From: Eledone cirrhosa | Lineage: Eukaryota | Reading direction: 5' to 3' | Assembly: GCA_964016885.1 (NCBI GenBank) | Contig: OZ024753.1 | Location: 20,646,001 to 20,710,000 of the forward strand | DNA length: 64,000 nt | Part shown: in pieces, positions 49,301 through 62,765 of the stretch | How the letters are laid out: each line of letters begins with the position of its first letter | How positions within the stretch are numbered: the first letter of the stretch is position 1 | The notes under the pieces: generated by a model | The model's input: only the letters and a program-made list of their open reading frames with translations | Database searches by the model: none | What the model was told of the DNA's origin: nothing | Made by a program: the position numbers and the translations under genes

Positions 49301-52300
49301 CAACAGTACAGCTCCATCTAGTGGCTGTCATTACTGTATCAATACCAACAGTACAGCTCCATCTAGTGGCTGTCATTACTGTATCAATACCAACAGTACA
49401 GCTCCATCTAGTGGCTGTCATTACTGTATCAACACCAAAAGTACAGCTCCATCTAGTGGCTGTCATTACTGTATCAACACCAACAGTACAGCTCCATCTA
49501 GTGGCTGTCATTACTGTATCAATACCAAGAGTACAGCTCCATCTAGTGGGTGTCATCACTGTATCAATACCAACAGTACAGCTCCATCTAGTGGCTGTAA
49601 TTACTGTATCAACACCAACAGTACAGCTCCATCTAGTGGCTGTCATTACTGTATCAATACCAACAGTACAGCTCCATCTAGTGGCTGTCATTACTGTATC
49701 AATACCAACAGTACAGCTCCATCTAGTGGCTGTCATTATTGTATCAACACACAGTACAGCTCCATCTAGTGGCTGTCATTACTGTATCAACACCAACAGT
49801 ACAGCTCCATCTACTGGCTGTCATTACTGTATCAATACCAACAGTACAGCTCCATCTAGTGGCTGTCATTACTGTATCAATACCAAGAGTACAGCTCCAT
49901 CTACTGGCTGTCATTACTGTATCAATACCAAGAGTACAGCTCCATCTAGTGGCTGTCATTACTGTATCAATACCAACAGTACAACTCCATCTAGTGGCTG
50001 TCATTACTGTATCAATACCAACACTACAGCTCCATCTAGTGGCTGTCATTACTGTATCAACACCAACAGTACAGCTCCATCTAGTGGCTGTCATTACTGT
50101 ATCAACACCAACAGAACAGCTCCATCTAGTGACTGTCATTACTGTATCAACACCAACAGTACAGCTCCATCTACTGGCTGTCATTACTGTATCCATACCA
50201 AGAGTACAGCTCCATCTAGTGGCTGTCATTACTGTATCAACACCAACAGTACAGCTCCATCTACTGGCTGTCATTACTGTATCAATACCAAGAGTACAGC
50301 TCCATCTAGTGGCTGTCATTACTGTATCAACACCAACAGTACAGCTCCATCTAGTGGCTGTCATTACTGTATCAACACCAACAGTACAGCTCCATCTAGT
50401 GACTGTCATTACTGTATCAACACCAACAGTACAGCTCCATCTAGTGGGTGTCATTACTGTATCAACACCAACAGTACAGCTCCATCTAGTGGGTGTCATT
50501 ACTGTATCAACACCAACAGTACAGCTCCATCTAGTGGCTGTCATTACTGTATCAACACCAACAGTACAGCTCCATCTAGTGGCTGTCATTACTGTACCAA
50601 CACCAACAGTACAGCTCCATCTAGTGGCTGTCATTACTGTATCAACACCAACAGTACAGCTCCATCTACTGGCTGTCATTACTGTATCAACACCAACAGT
50701 ACAGCTCCATCTAGTGGCTGTCATTACTGTATCAACACCAACAGAACAGCTCCATCTAGTGGCTGTCATTACTGTATCAATACCAACAAGACAGCTCCAT
50801 CTAGTGGCTGTCATTACTGTATCAACACCAACAGTACAGCTCCATCTAGTGGCTGTCATTACTGTATCAATACCAACAAGACAGCTCCATCTAGTGGCTG
50901 TCATTACTGTATCAATACCAACATGACAGCTCCATCTAGTGGCTGTCATTACTGTATCAATACCAAAAGTACAGCTCCATCTAGTGGCTGTCATTACTGT
51001 ATCAATACCAACAGTACAGCTCCATCTAGTGGCTGTGATTACTGTATCAATACCAACAGTACAGCTCCATCTAGTGGCTGTAATTATTGTATCAATACCA
51101 ACAGTGCAGCTCCATCTAGTGGCTGTCATTACTGTATCAATACCAACAGTACAGCTCCATCTAGTGGCTGTCCTTACTGTATCAATACCAACAGTACAGC
51201 TCCATCTAGTGGCTGTAATTATTGTATCAATACCAACAGTGCAGCTCCATCTAGTGGCTGTCATTACTGTATCAACACCAACAGTACAGCTCCATCTAGT
51301 GGCTGTAATTACTGTATCAATACGAAAAGTACAGCTCCATCTATTGGCTGTCATTACTGTATCAATACCAACAGTACAGCTCCATCTAGTGGCTGTCATT
51401 ACTGTATCAACACCAACAGTACAGCTCCATCTAGTGGCTGTAATTACTGTATCAATACGAAAAGTACAGCTCCATCTAGTGGCTGTCATTACTGTATCAA
51501 TACCAACAGTACAGCTCCATCTAGTGGCTGTCATTACTGTATCAACACCAACAGTACAGCTCCATCTAGTGGCTGTCATTACTGTATCAACACCAACAGT
51601 ACAGCTCCATCTAGTGGCTGTCATTACTGTACCAACACCAACAGTACAGCTCCATCTAGTGTTTGTCATTACTGTATCAATACCAACAGTACAGCTCCAT
51701 CTAGTGGCTGTCATTACTGTATCAATACCAACAGTACAGCTCTTATCTATTGGCTGTCATTACTGTATCAACACCAACAGTACAGCTCCATCTAGTGGCT
51801 GTCATTACTGTATCAACACCAACAGTACAGCTCCATCTAGTGGCTGTCATTACTGTATCAATACCAACAAGACAGCTCCATCTAGTGGCTGTCATTACTG
51901 TATCAATACCAACAAGACAGGTCCATCTATTGGCTGTCATTACTGTATCAACACCAACAGTACAGCTCCATCTAGTGGCTGTCATTACTGTATCAATACC
52001 AACAATACAGCTCCATCTATTGGCTGTCATTACTGTATCAACACCAACAGTACAGCTCCATCTAGTGGCTGTCATTACTGTATCAATACCAACAGTACAG
52101 CTCTTATCTAGTGGCTGTCATTACTGTATCAACACCAACAGTACAGCTCCATCTAGTGGCTGTCATTACTGTATCAATACCAACAAGACAGCTCCATCTA
52201 CTGGCTGTTATTACTGTACCAACACCAACAGTACAGCTCCATCTAGTGGCTGTCATTACTGTATCAATACCAACAAGACAGCTCCATCTACTGGCTGTTA

Positions 52301-55300
52301 TTACTGTACCAACACCAACAGTACAGCTCCATCTAGTGGCTGTCATTACTGTATCAATACCAACAGTACAGCTCCATCTAGTGGCTGTCATTACTGTATC
52401 AACACCAAAAGTACAGCTCCATCTAGTGGCTGTCATTACTGTATCAACACCAACAGTACAGCTCCATCTAGTGGCTGTCATTACTGTATCAATACCAACA
52501 GTACAGCTCTTATCTAGTGGCTGTCATTACTGTATCAATACCAACAGTACAGCTCCATCTAGTGGCTGTCATTACTGTATCAACACCAAAAGTACAGCTC
52601 CATCTAGTGGCTGTCATTACTGTATCAACACCAACAGTACAGCTCCATCTAGTGGCTGTCATTACTGTATCAATACCAAGAGTACAGCTCCATCTAGTGG
52701 GTGTCATCACTGTATCAATACCAACAGTACAGCTCCATCTAGTGGCTGTAATTACTGTATCAACACCAACAGTACAGCTCCATCTAGTGGCTGTCATTAC
52801 TGTATCAACACCAACAGTACAGCTCCATCTAGTGGCTGTCATTACTGTATCAACACCAACAGTACAGCTCCATCTAGTGGCTGTCATTACTGTATCAATA
52901 CCAACAGTACAGCTCCATCTAGTGGCTGTCATTACTGTATCAATACCAACAGTACAGCTCCATCTAGTGGCTGTCATTATTGTATCAACACACAGTACAG
53001 CTCCATCTAGTGGCTGTCATTACTGTATCAACACCAACAGTACAGCTCCATCTAGTGGCTGTCATTACTGTATCAATACCAACAGTACAGCTCCATCTAG
53101 TGGCTGTCATCACTGTATCAATACCAACAGTACAGCTCCATCTAGTGGCTGTCATTACTGTATCAACACCAACAGTACAGCTCCATCTACTGGCTGTCAT
53201 TACTGTATCAATACCAACAGTACAGCTCCATCTAGTGGCTGTCATTACTGTATCAACTCCAACAGTACAGCTCCATCTAGTGGCTGTCATTACTGTATCA
53301 ACACCAACAGTACAGCTCCATCTAGTGGCTGTCATTACTGTATCAACACCAACAGTACAGCTCCATCTAGTGGCTGTCATTACTGTATCAATACCAACAA
53401 GACAGCTCCATCTACTGGCTGTTATTACTGTACCAACACCAACAGTACAGCTCCATCTAGTGGCTGTCATTACTGTATCAATACCAACAGTACAGCTCCA
53501 TCTAGTGGCTGTCATTACTGTATCAACACCAAAAGTACAGCTCCATCTAGTGGCTGTCCTTACTGTATCAATACCAACAGTACAGCTCCATCTAGTGGCT
53601 GTCATTACTGTATCAATACCAACAGTACAGCTCCATCTAGTGGCTGTCATTACTGTATTAATACCAAGAGTACAGCTCCATCTAGTGGCTGTCATTACTG
53701 TATCAACACCAACAGTACAGCTCCATCTAGTGGCTGTCATTACTGTATTAATACCAAGAGTACAGCTCCATCTAGTGGCTGTCATTACTGTATCAACACC
53801 AACAGTACAGCTCCATCTAGTGGCTGTCATTACTGTATCAATACCAACAGTACAGCTCCATCTAGTGGCTGTCATTACTGTATCAACACCAACAGTACAG
53901 CTCCATCTAGTGGCTGTCATTACTGTATCAACACCAACAGTACAGCTCCATCTAGTGGCTGTCATTACTGTATCAACACCAACAGTACAGCTCCATCTAG
54001 TGGCTGTCATTATTGTATCAACACACAGTACAGCTCCATCTAGTGGCTGTCATTACTGTATCAACTCCAACAGTACAGCTCCATCTAGTGGCTGTCATTA
54101 CTGTATCAACACCAACAGTACAGCTCCATCTAGTGGCTGTCATTACTGTATCAACACCAACAGTACAGCTCCATCTAGTGGCTGTCATTACTGTATCAAT
54201 ACCAACAAGACAGCTCCATCTACTGGCTGTTATTACTGTACCAACACCAACAGTACAGCTCCATCTAGTGGCTGTCATTACTGTATCAATACCAACAGTA
54301 CAGCTCCATCTAGTGGCTGTCATTACTGTATCAACACCAAAAGTACAGCTCCATCTAGTGGCTGTCCTTACTGTATCAATACCAACAGTACAGCTCCATC
54401 TAGTGGCTGTCATTACTGTATCAATACCAACAGTACAGCTCCATCTAGTGGCTGTCATTACTGTATTAATACCAAGAGTACAGCTCCATCTAGTGGCTGT
54501 CATTACTGTATCAACACCAACAGTACAGCTCCATCTAGTGGCTGTCATTACTGTATTAATACCAAGAGTACAGCTCCATCTAGTGGCTGTCATTACTGTA
54601 TCAACACCAACAGTACAGCTCCATCTAGTGGCTGTCATTACTGTATCAATACCAACAGTACAGCTCCATCTAGTGGCTGTCATTACTGTATCAACACCAA
54701 CAGTACAGCTCCATCTAGTGGCTGTCATTACTGTATCAACACCAACAGTACAGCTCCATCTAGTGGCTGTCATTACTGTATCAACACCAACAGTACAGCT
54801 CCATCTAGTGGCTGTCATTATTGTATCAACACACAGTACAGCTCCATCTAGTGGCTGTCATTACTGTATCAACACCAACAGTACAGCTCCATCTAGTGGC
54901 TGTCATTACTGTATCAATACCAACAGTACAGCTCCATCTAGTGGCTGTCATCACTGTATCAATACCAACAGTACAGCTCCATCTAGTGGCTGTCATTACT
55001 GTATCAATACCAACAGTACAGCTCCATCTAGTGGCTGTCATTACTGTATCAATACCAACAGTACAGCTCCATCTAGTGGCTGTCATTACTGTATCAATAC
55101 CAACAAGACAGCTCCATCTAGTGGCTGTCATTACTGTATCAACACCAACAGTACAGCTCCATCTACTGGCTGTCATTACTGTATCAATACCAACAGTACA
55201 GCTCCATCTAGTGGCTGTCATTACTGTATCAACACCAACAGTACAGCTCCATCTAGTGGCTGTCATTACTGTATCAACACCAACAGTACAGCTCCATCTA

Positions 55301-58300
55301 GTGGCTGTCATTACTGTATCAATACCAACAAGACAGCTCCATCTAGTGGCTGTCATTACTGTATCAATACCAACAAGACAGCTCCATCTAGTGGCTGTCA
55401 TTACTGTATCAACACCAACAGAACAGCTCCATCTAGTGGCTGTCATTACTGTATCAACACCAACAGTACAGCTCCATCTAGTGGCTGTCATTACTGTATC
55501 AATACCAACAAGACAGCTCCATCTAGTGGCTGTCATTACTGTATCAACACCAACAGTACAGCTCCATCTAGTGGCTGTCATTACTGTATCAACACCAACA
55601 GTACAGCTCCATCTAGTGGCTGTCATTACTGTATCAATACCAACAGTACAGCTCCATCTAGTGGCTGTCATTACTGTATCAACACCAACAGTACAGCTCC
55701 ATCTAGTGGGTGTAATTATTGTATCAATACCAACAGTACAGCTCCATCTAGTGGCTGTCATTACTGTATCAATACCAACAAGACAGCTCCATCTAGTGGC
55801 TGTCATTACTGTATCAATACCAACAAGACAGCTCCATCTAGTGGCTGTCATTACTGTATCAACACCAACAGTACAGCTCCATCTAGTGGCTGTCATTACT
55901 GTATCAACACCAACAGTACAGCTCCATCTAGTGGCTGTCATTACTGTATCAACACCAACAGTACAGCTCCATCTAGTGGCTGTCATTACTGTATCAATAC
56001 CAACATGACAGCTCCATCTAGTGGCTGTCATTACTGTATCAATACCAACAGTACAGCTCCATCTAGTGGCTGTCATTACTGTATCAATACCAACAGTACA
56101 GCTCCATCTAGTGGCTGTCATTACTGTATCAATACCAACAGTACAGCTCCATCTAGTGGCTGTCATTACTGTATCAACACCAACAGTACAGCTCCATCTA
56201 GTGGCTGTCATTACTGTATCAACACCAACAGTACAGCTCCATCTAGTGGCTGTCATTACTGTATCAACACCAACAGAACAGCTCCATCTAGTGGCTGTCA
56301 TTACTGTATCAACACCAACAGTACAGCTCCATCTACTGGCTGTCATTACTGTATCAATACCAAGAGTACAGCTCCATCTAGTGGCTGTCATTACTGTATC
56401 AATACCAACAAGACAGCTCCATCTAGTGGCTGTCATTACTGTATCAATACCAACAAGACAGCTCCATCTAGTGGCTGTCATTACTGTATCAACACCAACA
56501 GAACAGCTCCATCTAGTGGCTGTCATTACTGTATCAACACCAACAGTACAGCTCCATCTAGTGGCTGTCATTACTGTATCAATACCAACAGTACAGCTCC
56601 ATCTAGTGGCTGTCATTACTGTATCAACACCAACAGTACAGCTCCATCTAGTGGCTGTCATTACTGTATCAATACCAACAGTACAGCTCCATCTAGTGGC
56701 TGTCATTACTGTATCAATACCAACAGTACAGCTCCATCTAGTGGCTGTCATTACTGTATCAATACCAACAATACAGCTCTTATCTAGTGGCTGTCATTAC
56801 TGTATCAACACCAACAGTACAGCTCCATCTAGTGGCTGTCATTACTGTATCAATACCAACAGTACAGCTCCATCTAGTGGCTGTCATTACTGTATCAATA
56901 CCAACAGTACAGCTCCATCTAGTGGCTGTCATTACTGTATCAATACCAAGAGTACAGCTCTTATCTAGTGGCTGTCATTACTGTACCAACACCAACAGTA
57001 CAGCTCCATCTAGTGGCTGTCATTACTGTATCAATACCAACAAGACAGCTCCATCTAGTGGCTGTCATTACTGTATCAATACCAACATGACAGCTCCATC
57101 TAGTGGCTGTCATTACTGTACCAACACCAACAGTACAGCTCCATCTAGTGGCTGTCATTACTGTATCAATACCAACAGTACAGCTCCATCTAGTGGCTGT
57201 CATTACTGTATCAATACCAACAGTACAGCTCCATCTAGTGGCTGTCATTACTGTATCAATACCAACAGTACAGCTCCATCTAGTGGCTGTCATTACTGTA
57301 TCAATACCAACAGTACAGCTCCATCTAGTGGCTGTAATTACTGTATCAATACCAACAGTACAGCTCCATCTAGTGGCTGTCATTACTGTATCAATACCAA
57401 CAGTACAGCTCCATCTAGTGGCTGTCATTACTGTATCAACACCAAGAGTACAGCTCCATCTAGTGGCTGTCATTACTGTATCAACACCAACAGTACAGCT
57501 CCATCTAGTGGCTGTCATTACTGTATCAACACCAACAGTACAGCTCCATCTAGTGGCTGTAATTACTGTATCAATACGAAAAGTACAGCTCCATCTATTG
57601 GCTGTCATTACTGTATCATTACCAACAGTACAGCTCCATCTAGTGGCTGTCATTACTGTATCAATACCAACAGTACAGCTCCATCTAGTGGCTGTCATTA
57701 TTGTATCAATACCAACAGTACAGCTCTTATCTAGTGGCTGTCATTACTGTATCAATACCAACAGTACAGCTCTTATCTAGTGGCTGTCATTACTGTATCA
57801 ATACCAACAAGACAGCTCCATCTATTGGCTGTCATTACTGTATCAATACCAAGAGTACAGCTCCATCTAGTGGCTGTCATTACTGTATCAATACCAACAA
57901 GACAGCTCCATCCAGTGGCTGTCATTACTGTATCAACACACAGTACAGCTCCATCTAGTGGCTGTCATTACTGTATCAATACCAACAGTACAGCTCCATC
58001 TAGTGGCTGTCATTACTGTATCAATACCAACAAGACAGCTCCATCCAGTGGCTGTCATTACTGTATCAACACACAGTACAGCTCCATCTAGTGGCTGTCA
58101 TTACTGTATCAACACCAACAGTACAGCTCCATCTAGTGGCTGTCATTACTGTATCAACACCAAAAGTACAGCTCCATCTAGTGGCTGTCATTACTGTATC
58201 AATACCAACAGTACAGCTCCATCTAGTGGCTGTCATTACTGTATCAACACCAACAGTACAGCTCCATCTAGTGGCTGTAATTACTGTATCAATACGAAAA

Positions 58301-60513
58301 GTACAGGTCCATCTAGTGGCTGTCATTACTGTATCAACACCAACAGTACAGCTCCATCTAGTGGCTGTCATTACTGTATCAATACCAACAGTACAGCTCC
58401 ATCTAGTGGCTGTCATTACTGTATTGATACCAAGAGTACAGCTCCATCTAGTGGCTGTCATTACTGTATCAATACCAACAGTATAGCTCCATCTAGTGGC
58501 TGTCATTACTGTATCAATACCAACAGTACAGCTCCATCTAGTGTCTGTCATTACTGTATCAACAACAACAGTACAGCTCCATCTAGTGGCTGTCATTACT
58601 GTATCAACACACAGTACAACTCCATCTAGTGGCTGTCATTACTCTATCAATACCAACAGTACAGCTCCATCTAGTGGCTGTCATTACTCTATCAACACCA
58701 ACAGTACAGCTCCATCTAGTGGCTGTAATTACTGTATCAATACCAAGTGTACAGCTCCATCTAGTGGCTGTCATCACAGTATCAATACCAACAGTACAGC
58801 TCCATCTAGTGTCTGTCATTACTGTATCAACACACAGTACAGCTCCATCTAGTGGCTGTCATTACTGTATCAACACCAACAGTACAGATCCATCTAGTGG
58901 CTGTCATTACTGTATCAACACCAACAGTACAGCTCCATCTAGTGGCTGTCATTACTGTATCAACACCAACAAGACAGCTCCATCCAGTGGCTGTCATTAC
59001 TGTATCAACACCAACAGTACAGCTCCATCTAGTGGCTGTCATTACTGTACCAACACCAACAGTACAGCTCCATCTAGTGGCTGTCATTACTGTATCAATA
59101 CCAACAGTACAGCTCCATCTAGTGGCTGTCATTACTGTATCAATACCAACAGTACAGCTCCATCTAGTGGCTGTCATTACTGTATCAACACCAACAGTAC
59201 AGCTCCATCTAGTGGCTGTCATTACTGTACCAACACCAACAGTACAGCTCCATCTAGTGGCTGTAATTACTGTATCAATACCAACAGTACAGCTCCATCT
59301 AATGGCTGTCATTACTGTATCAACACCAACAGTACAGCTCCATCTAGTGGCTGTAATTACTGTATCAATACCAACAGTACAGCTCCATCTAGTGGCTGTC
59401 ATTACTGTATCAACACCAACAGTACAGCTCCATCTAGTGGCTGTCATTACTGTATCAATACCAAAAGTACAGCTCCATCTAATGGCTGTCATTACTGTAT
59501 CAACACCAACAGTACAGCTCCATCTAGTGGCTGTCATTACTGTATCAATACCAACAGTACAGCTCCATCTAGTTGCTGTAGTTACTGTATCCATACCAAC
59601 AGTACAGCTCCATCTAGTGGCTGTCATTACTGTATCAATACCAACAGTACAGCTCCATCTAGTGGCTGTCATTACTGTATCAACACCAACAGTACAGCTC
59701 CATCTAGTGGCTGTCATTACTGTATCAATACCAACAGTACAGCTCCATCTAGTGGCTGTCATTACTGTATCAATACCAACAGTACAGCTCCATCTAGTGG
59801 CTGTCATTACTGTATCAACACCAACAGTACAGCTCCATCTAGTGGCTGTAATTACTGTATCAACACCAACAGTACAGCTCCATCTAGTGGGTGTCATTAC
59901 TGTATCAACACACAGTACAGCTCCATCTAGCGGCTGTAATTACTGTATCAACACCAACAGTACAGCTCCATCTAGTGGGTGTCATTACTGTATCAACACC
60001 AACAATACAGCTCCATCTAGTGGCTGTCATTACTGTATCAACACCAACAGTACAGCTCCATCTAGTGGCTGTCATTACTGTATCAATACCAACAGTACAG
60101 CTCCATCTAGTGGCTGTCATTACTGTATCAACACCAACAGTACAGCTCCATCTAGTGGCTGTCATTACTGTATCAATACCAACAGTACAGCTCCATCTAG
60201 CGGCTGTAATTACTGTATCAATACCAAGAGTACAGCTCCATCTAGTGGCTGTCATCACTGTATCAATACCAACAGTACAGCTCCATCTAGTGTCTGTCAT
60301 TACTGTATCAACACCAACAGTACAGCTCCATCTAGTGGCTGTCATTACTGTATCAACACACAGTACAGCTCCATCTAGTGGCTGTCATTACTGTATCAAC
60401 ACACAGTACAGCTCCATCTAGTGGCTGTCATTACTGTATCAACACCAACAGTACAGCTCCATCTAGTGGCTGTCATTACTGTATCAACACCAACAGTACA
60501 GCTCCATCTAGAG

Positions 60514-61356
60514 CACTGTTTCTCAACGGTGGGGCAAGGGGCCACTCAGTAGGCCCGGGAAATTTTGAGGGGGCCCAGAGAAATTTCAGTGGGTCTGAAA
60601 TTTTCAGACTTTCTTGGAACTTAAGATCTCACAAAATGAGAAACTTTTTTTAAGTCTGAATGTTCTGTGATAAAATCATATGACTTATGTTGACCTGCAT
60701 TATTTGGAGTGCAATAACACAGACACCTGCGCTATTGATGGGAAAAATGGAACGCGAGGGCCTTCTCGGCTGGCTTAATGTGGAAAAAATATTTCCAAAC
60801 CTTTATGATCAAGCCTTTCCTTTTATTCTCTCTTTTCCTACAACGTGGCTTGTTGAATCTGGTTTTTCCACGGTAAATGATAATTTTTTGAGAAAAAGAA
60901 ACCTTCTTCAAACCATCAACTGGGGAGATTTGCAGCTCAAGTTGAACCAATCCTTTCAAGTCCAAATCGACAGTCTTGTTGAAAGACATCAGGAGCAGTG
61001 CAGCCACTAGCACTGAGCATTTGAGCATTGTTAAAATGACCATTAAATTTTTTCTTATTTTTTATTGACTTTTTATCAAGAATTCGTGTTTTTCACTCGT
61101 GGAATTTAAATGCAGTCGGGATCATATGGGGGTAAGTGTTCCAGAATGCTCTTTGAGGACTGACCCTGGCAATTTCTAGGGAGGAAAGTGGGCCAGGAGA
61201 ACAAAATGATTGAGAAGTACTAGTATATATTTATCATGTGGGGTTATAGTCCAGAATAGTTTTTGAGCACTAGTTTACACTTGTAAAATAAGTGGGCCCG
61301 GACATTTTTCGTGAGCTAAAAGTGGGCCCGGAGGTCAAAAAGGTTGAGAAACACTG
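60514..61356 (+). mobile_element. Non-autonomous hAT (Charlie/Buster) DNA transposon, 843 bp, retaining the transposase C-terminal dimerisation fragment
   Basis: TIRs CACTGTTTCTCAAC / GTTGAGAAACACTG; 8-bp TSD ATCTAGAG (60506-60513, 61357-61364). ORF 60687-61010 has FPTTWLVESGFS...KRN.L....GDL.L.L......I..LV..HQ...SH. Confidence 0.93.
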
Positions 61357-61879
61357 ATCTAGAGGCTGTCATTACTGTATCAACACCAACAGTACAGCTC
61401 CATCTGGTAGCTGTCATTACTGTATCAATACCAACAGTACAGCTCCATCTAGTGGCTGTCATTACTGTATCAACACCAACAATACAGCTCCATCTAGTGG
61501 CTGTCATTACTGTATCAATTCCAACAGTACAGCTCCATCTAGTGGCCATATACCATCCACTTCCATATAGCACGATAAACCCATTAACCCAAAACATCAT
61601 CATCACATTCTCTTCCCCAGCTGCCCCACTCCCTCCACATAAGAAATATAGATTTTCTATGAGTATCTTAATATATTTGAATAGCGGCCCAGGACCATTC
61701 AGAGCAGGCACGAGGTGGATGGAGGCTCCGTATGCCGTTAGAATCATATAATATAGAAAACAACTGGAAGTACTTATGTGAGAATTTACTGCAAGCAAGT
61801 TAAGAGACTTGTGGCTGAAGCAAAGCTCCAACCAGACAGGGTGACTTGGTGGGGGAACAGCACGGTAGATAGAGTTATT

Positions 61880-62765
61880 AAAGACAAAAGACAAGTATAG
61901 AAGAATTGGAAAAGTGGGGCGAGTAGAGACCGGTACCCAGCTGCTAAAAGAGAGGCTAGACGTCAGGTGTACTTAGCAGCAGAGAAGCTGAGAGTAGGAG
62001 GTTTGCCAATGTTTTGCGATGGGAGGATCAGAGATGTGAGGTATTCCACACTGCAAGGCAGTGTTTCAGTCTAGACCAGGATGTTGTGGGAGATGTCCAA
62101 AATGATGCTGGTGCACTTAATGTTACAGATGCTCAGAAAACGAAGGCCTGGAAATATGAGAGACTGATGAATGTCCAGAATGAAATGTAAAGTGGTAAGG
62201 CGACTGGACTGCCAGGGATAATTGTTGAGATATTAACGGCATCAGGAGAAGTAGAAACTAAACTATTTACACACATAGTCAATCAAGTTATATATGGTGG
62301 AGTCATACCCTAAAACTGGTGCAGCAGTATACTCGTTAACTGTTACAAAGGTAAAGAGGATGCTCTAGAAAGGAGCAATTTTAGAGGCATAAAACTGATG
62401 GATCAGGTTATGAAATTGGCAGAAAGAATACTAGCGCAATTAATTAGAGATAGAATCAAATTACATTAAATGCAGTTTGGTTTTGTGCCTAAGAAAAGTA
62501 CAACAGATGCCCTCTTCCTAGTGAATGGTTCTTAGAGAAAAAGAAGCCACTATATTTAGCTTTTGTTGACCTAGAGAATGCCTTTGATAGAGTACCCTGA
62601 TCTGTAATCAGGTGGTCCCTAAGGAAACTAGATATAGGGAAATTGCCTGTGAGGACAGTGCAAGTTATGTACAGAGGAGCTTTCAGTAAAGTGAGGGTAG
62701 GAATGGAGTTTAGTGAGGAATTCCAGATACAAGTAGTCCATCAGGGTTCGGTCCTCTGCCCGCAT
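61880..62765 (+). pseudogene. Old degenerate RTE LINE RT fragment
   Basis: Decayed WK.G.SR..Y..AKREARRQVYLA, NCYKGK.DAL.RSNFRGIKLMDQVMK, FVDLE.AFDRVP, HQGSVL with stops and frameshifts. Confidence 0.85.

Larger units (their letters stand above)
20799..61546. repeat. 45-bp satellite array, about 750 monomers, consensus CAGTACAGCTCCATCTAGTGGCTGTCATTACTGTATCAAYACCAA, with 43-, 44- and 46-bp variants and higher-order duplications
   Basis: Direct inspection. Segments 20799-24723, 30509-34356, 34534-37150, 37328-60513, 61357-61546. Count estimated as length divided by 45. Confidence 0.99.

Noticed and set aside
20696-60653. Dozens of long ORFs with repeats VQLHLVAVITVSIPT, STAPSSGCHYCINTN or TATRWSCTVGIDTVM (mucin-like, CxxC or antifreeze-like proteins)
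   Set aside because: A 45-bp monomer that lacks stops in three of six frames produces these automatically. Frequent 43-, 44- and 46-bp monomers shift frame freely, and there are no unique termini.
20799-61546. CRISPR array
   Set aside because: There are no unique spacers (the variable part differs by only 1-3 substitutions), no cas genes, and the context is eukaryotic.
20799-61546. CTCF upstream (U) motif from TACAGT
   Set aside because: It sits 14 bp before the core CC, closer than the spacing I recall for the vertebrate U motif (~17-18 bp), so it is not claimed.
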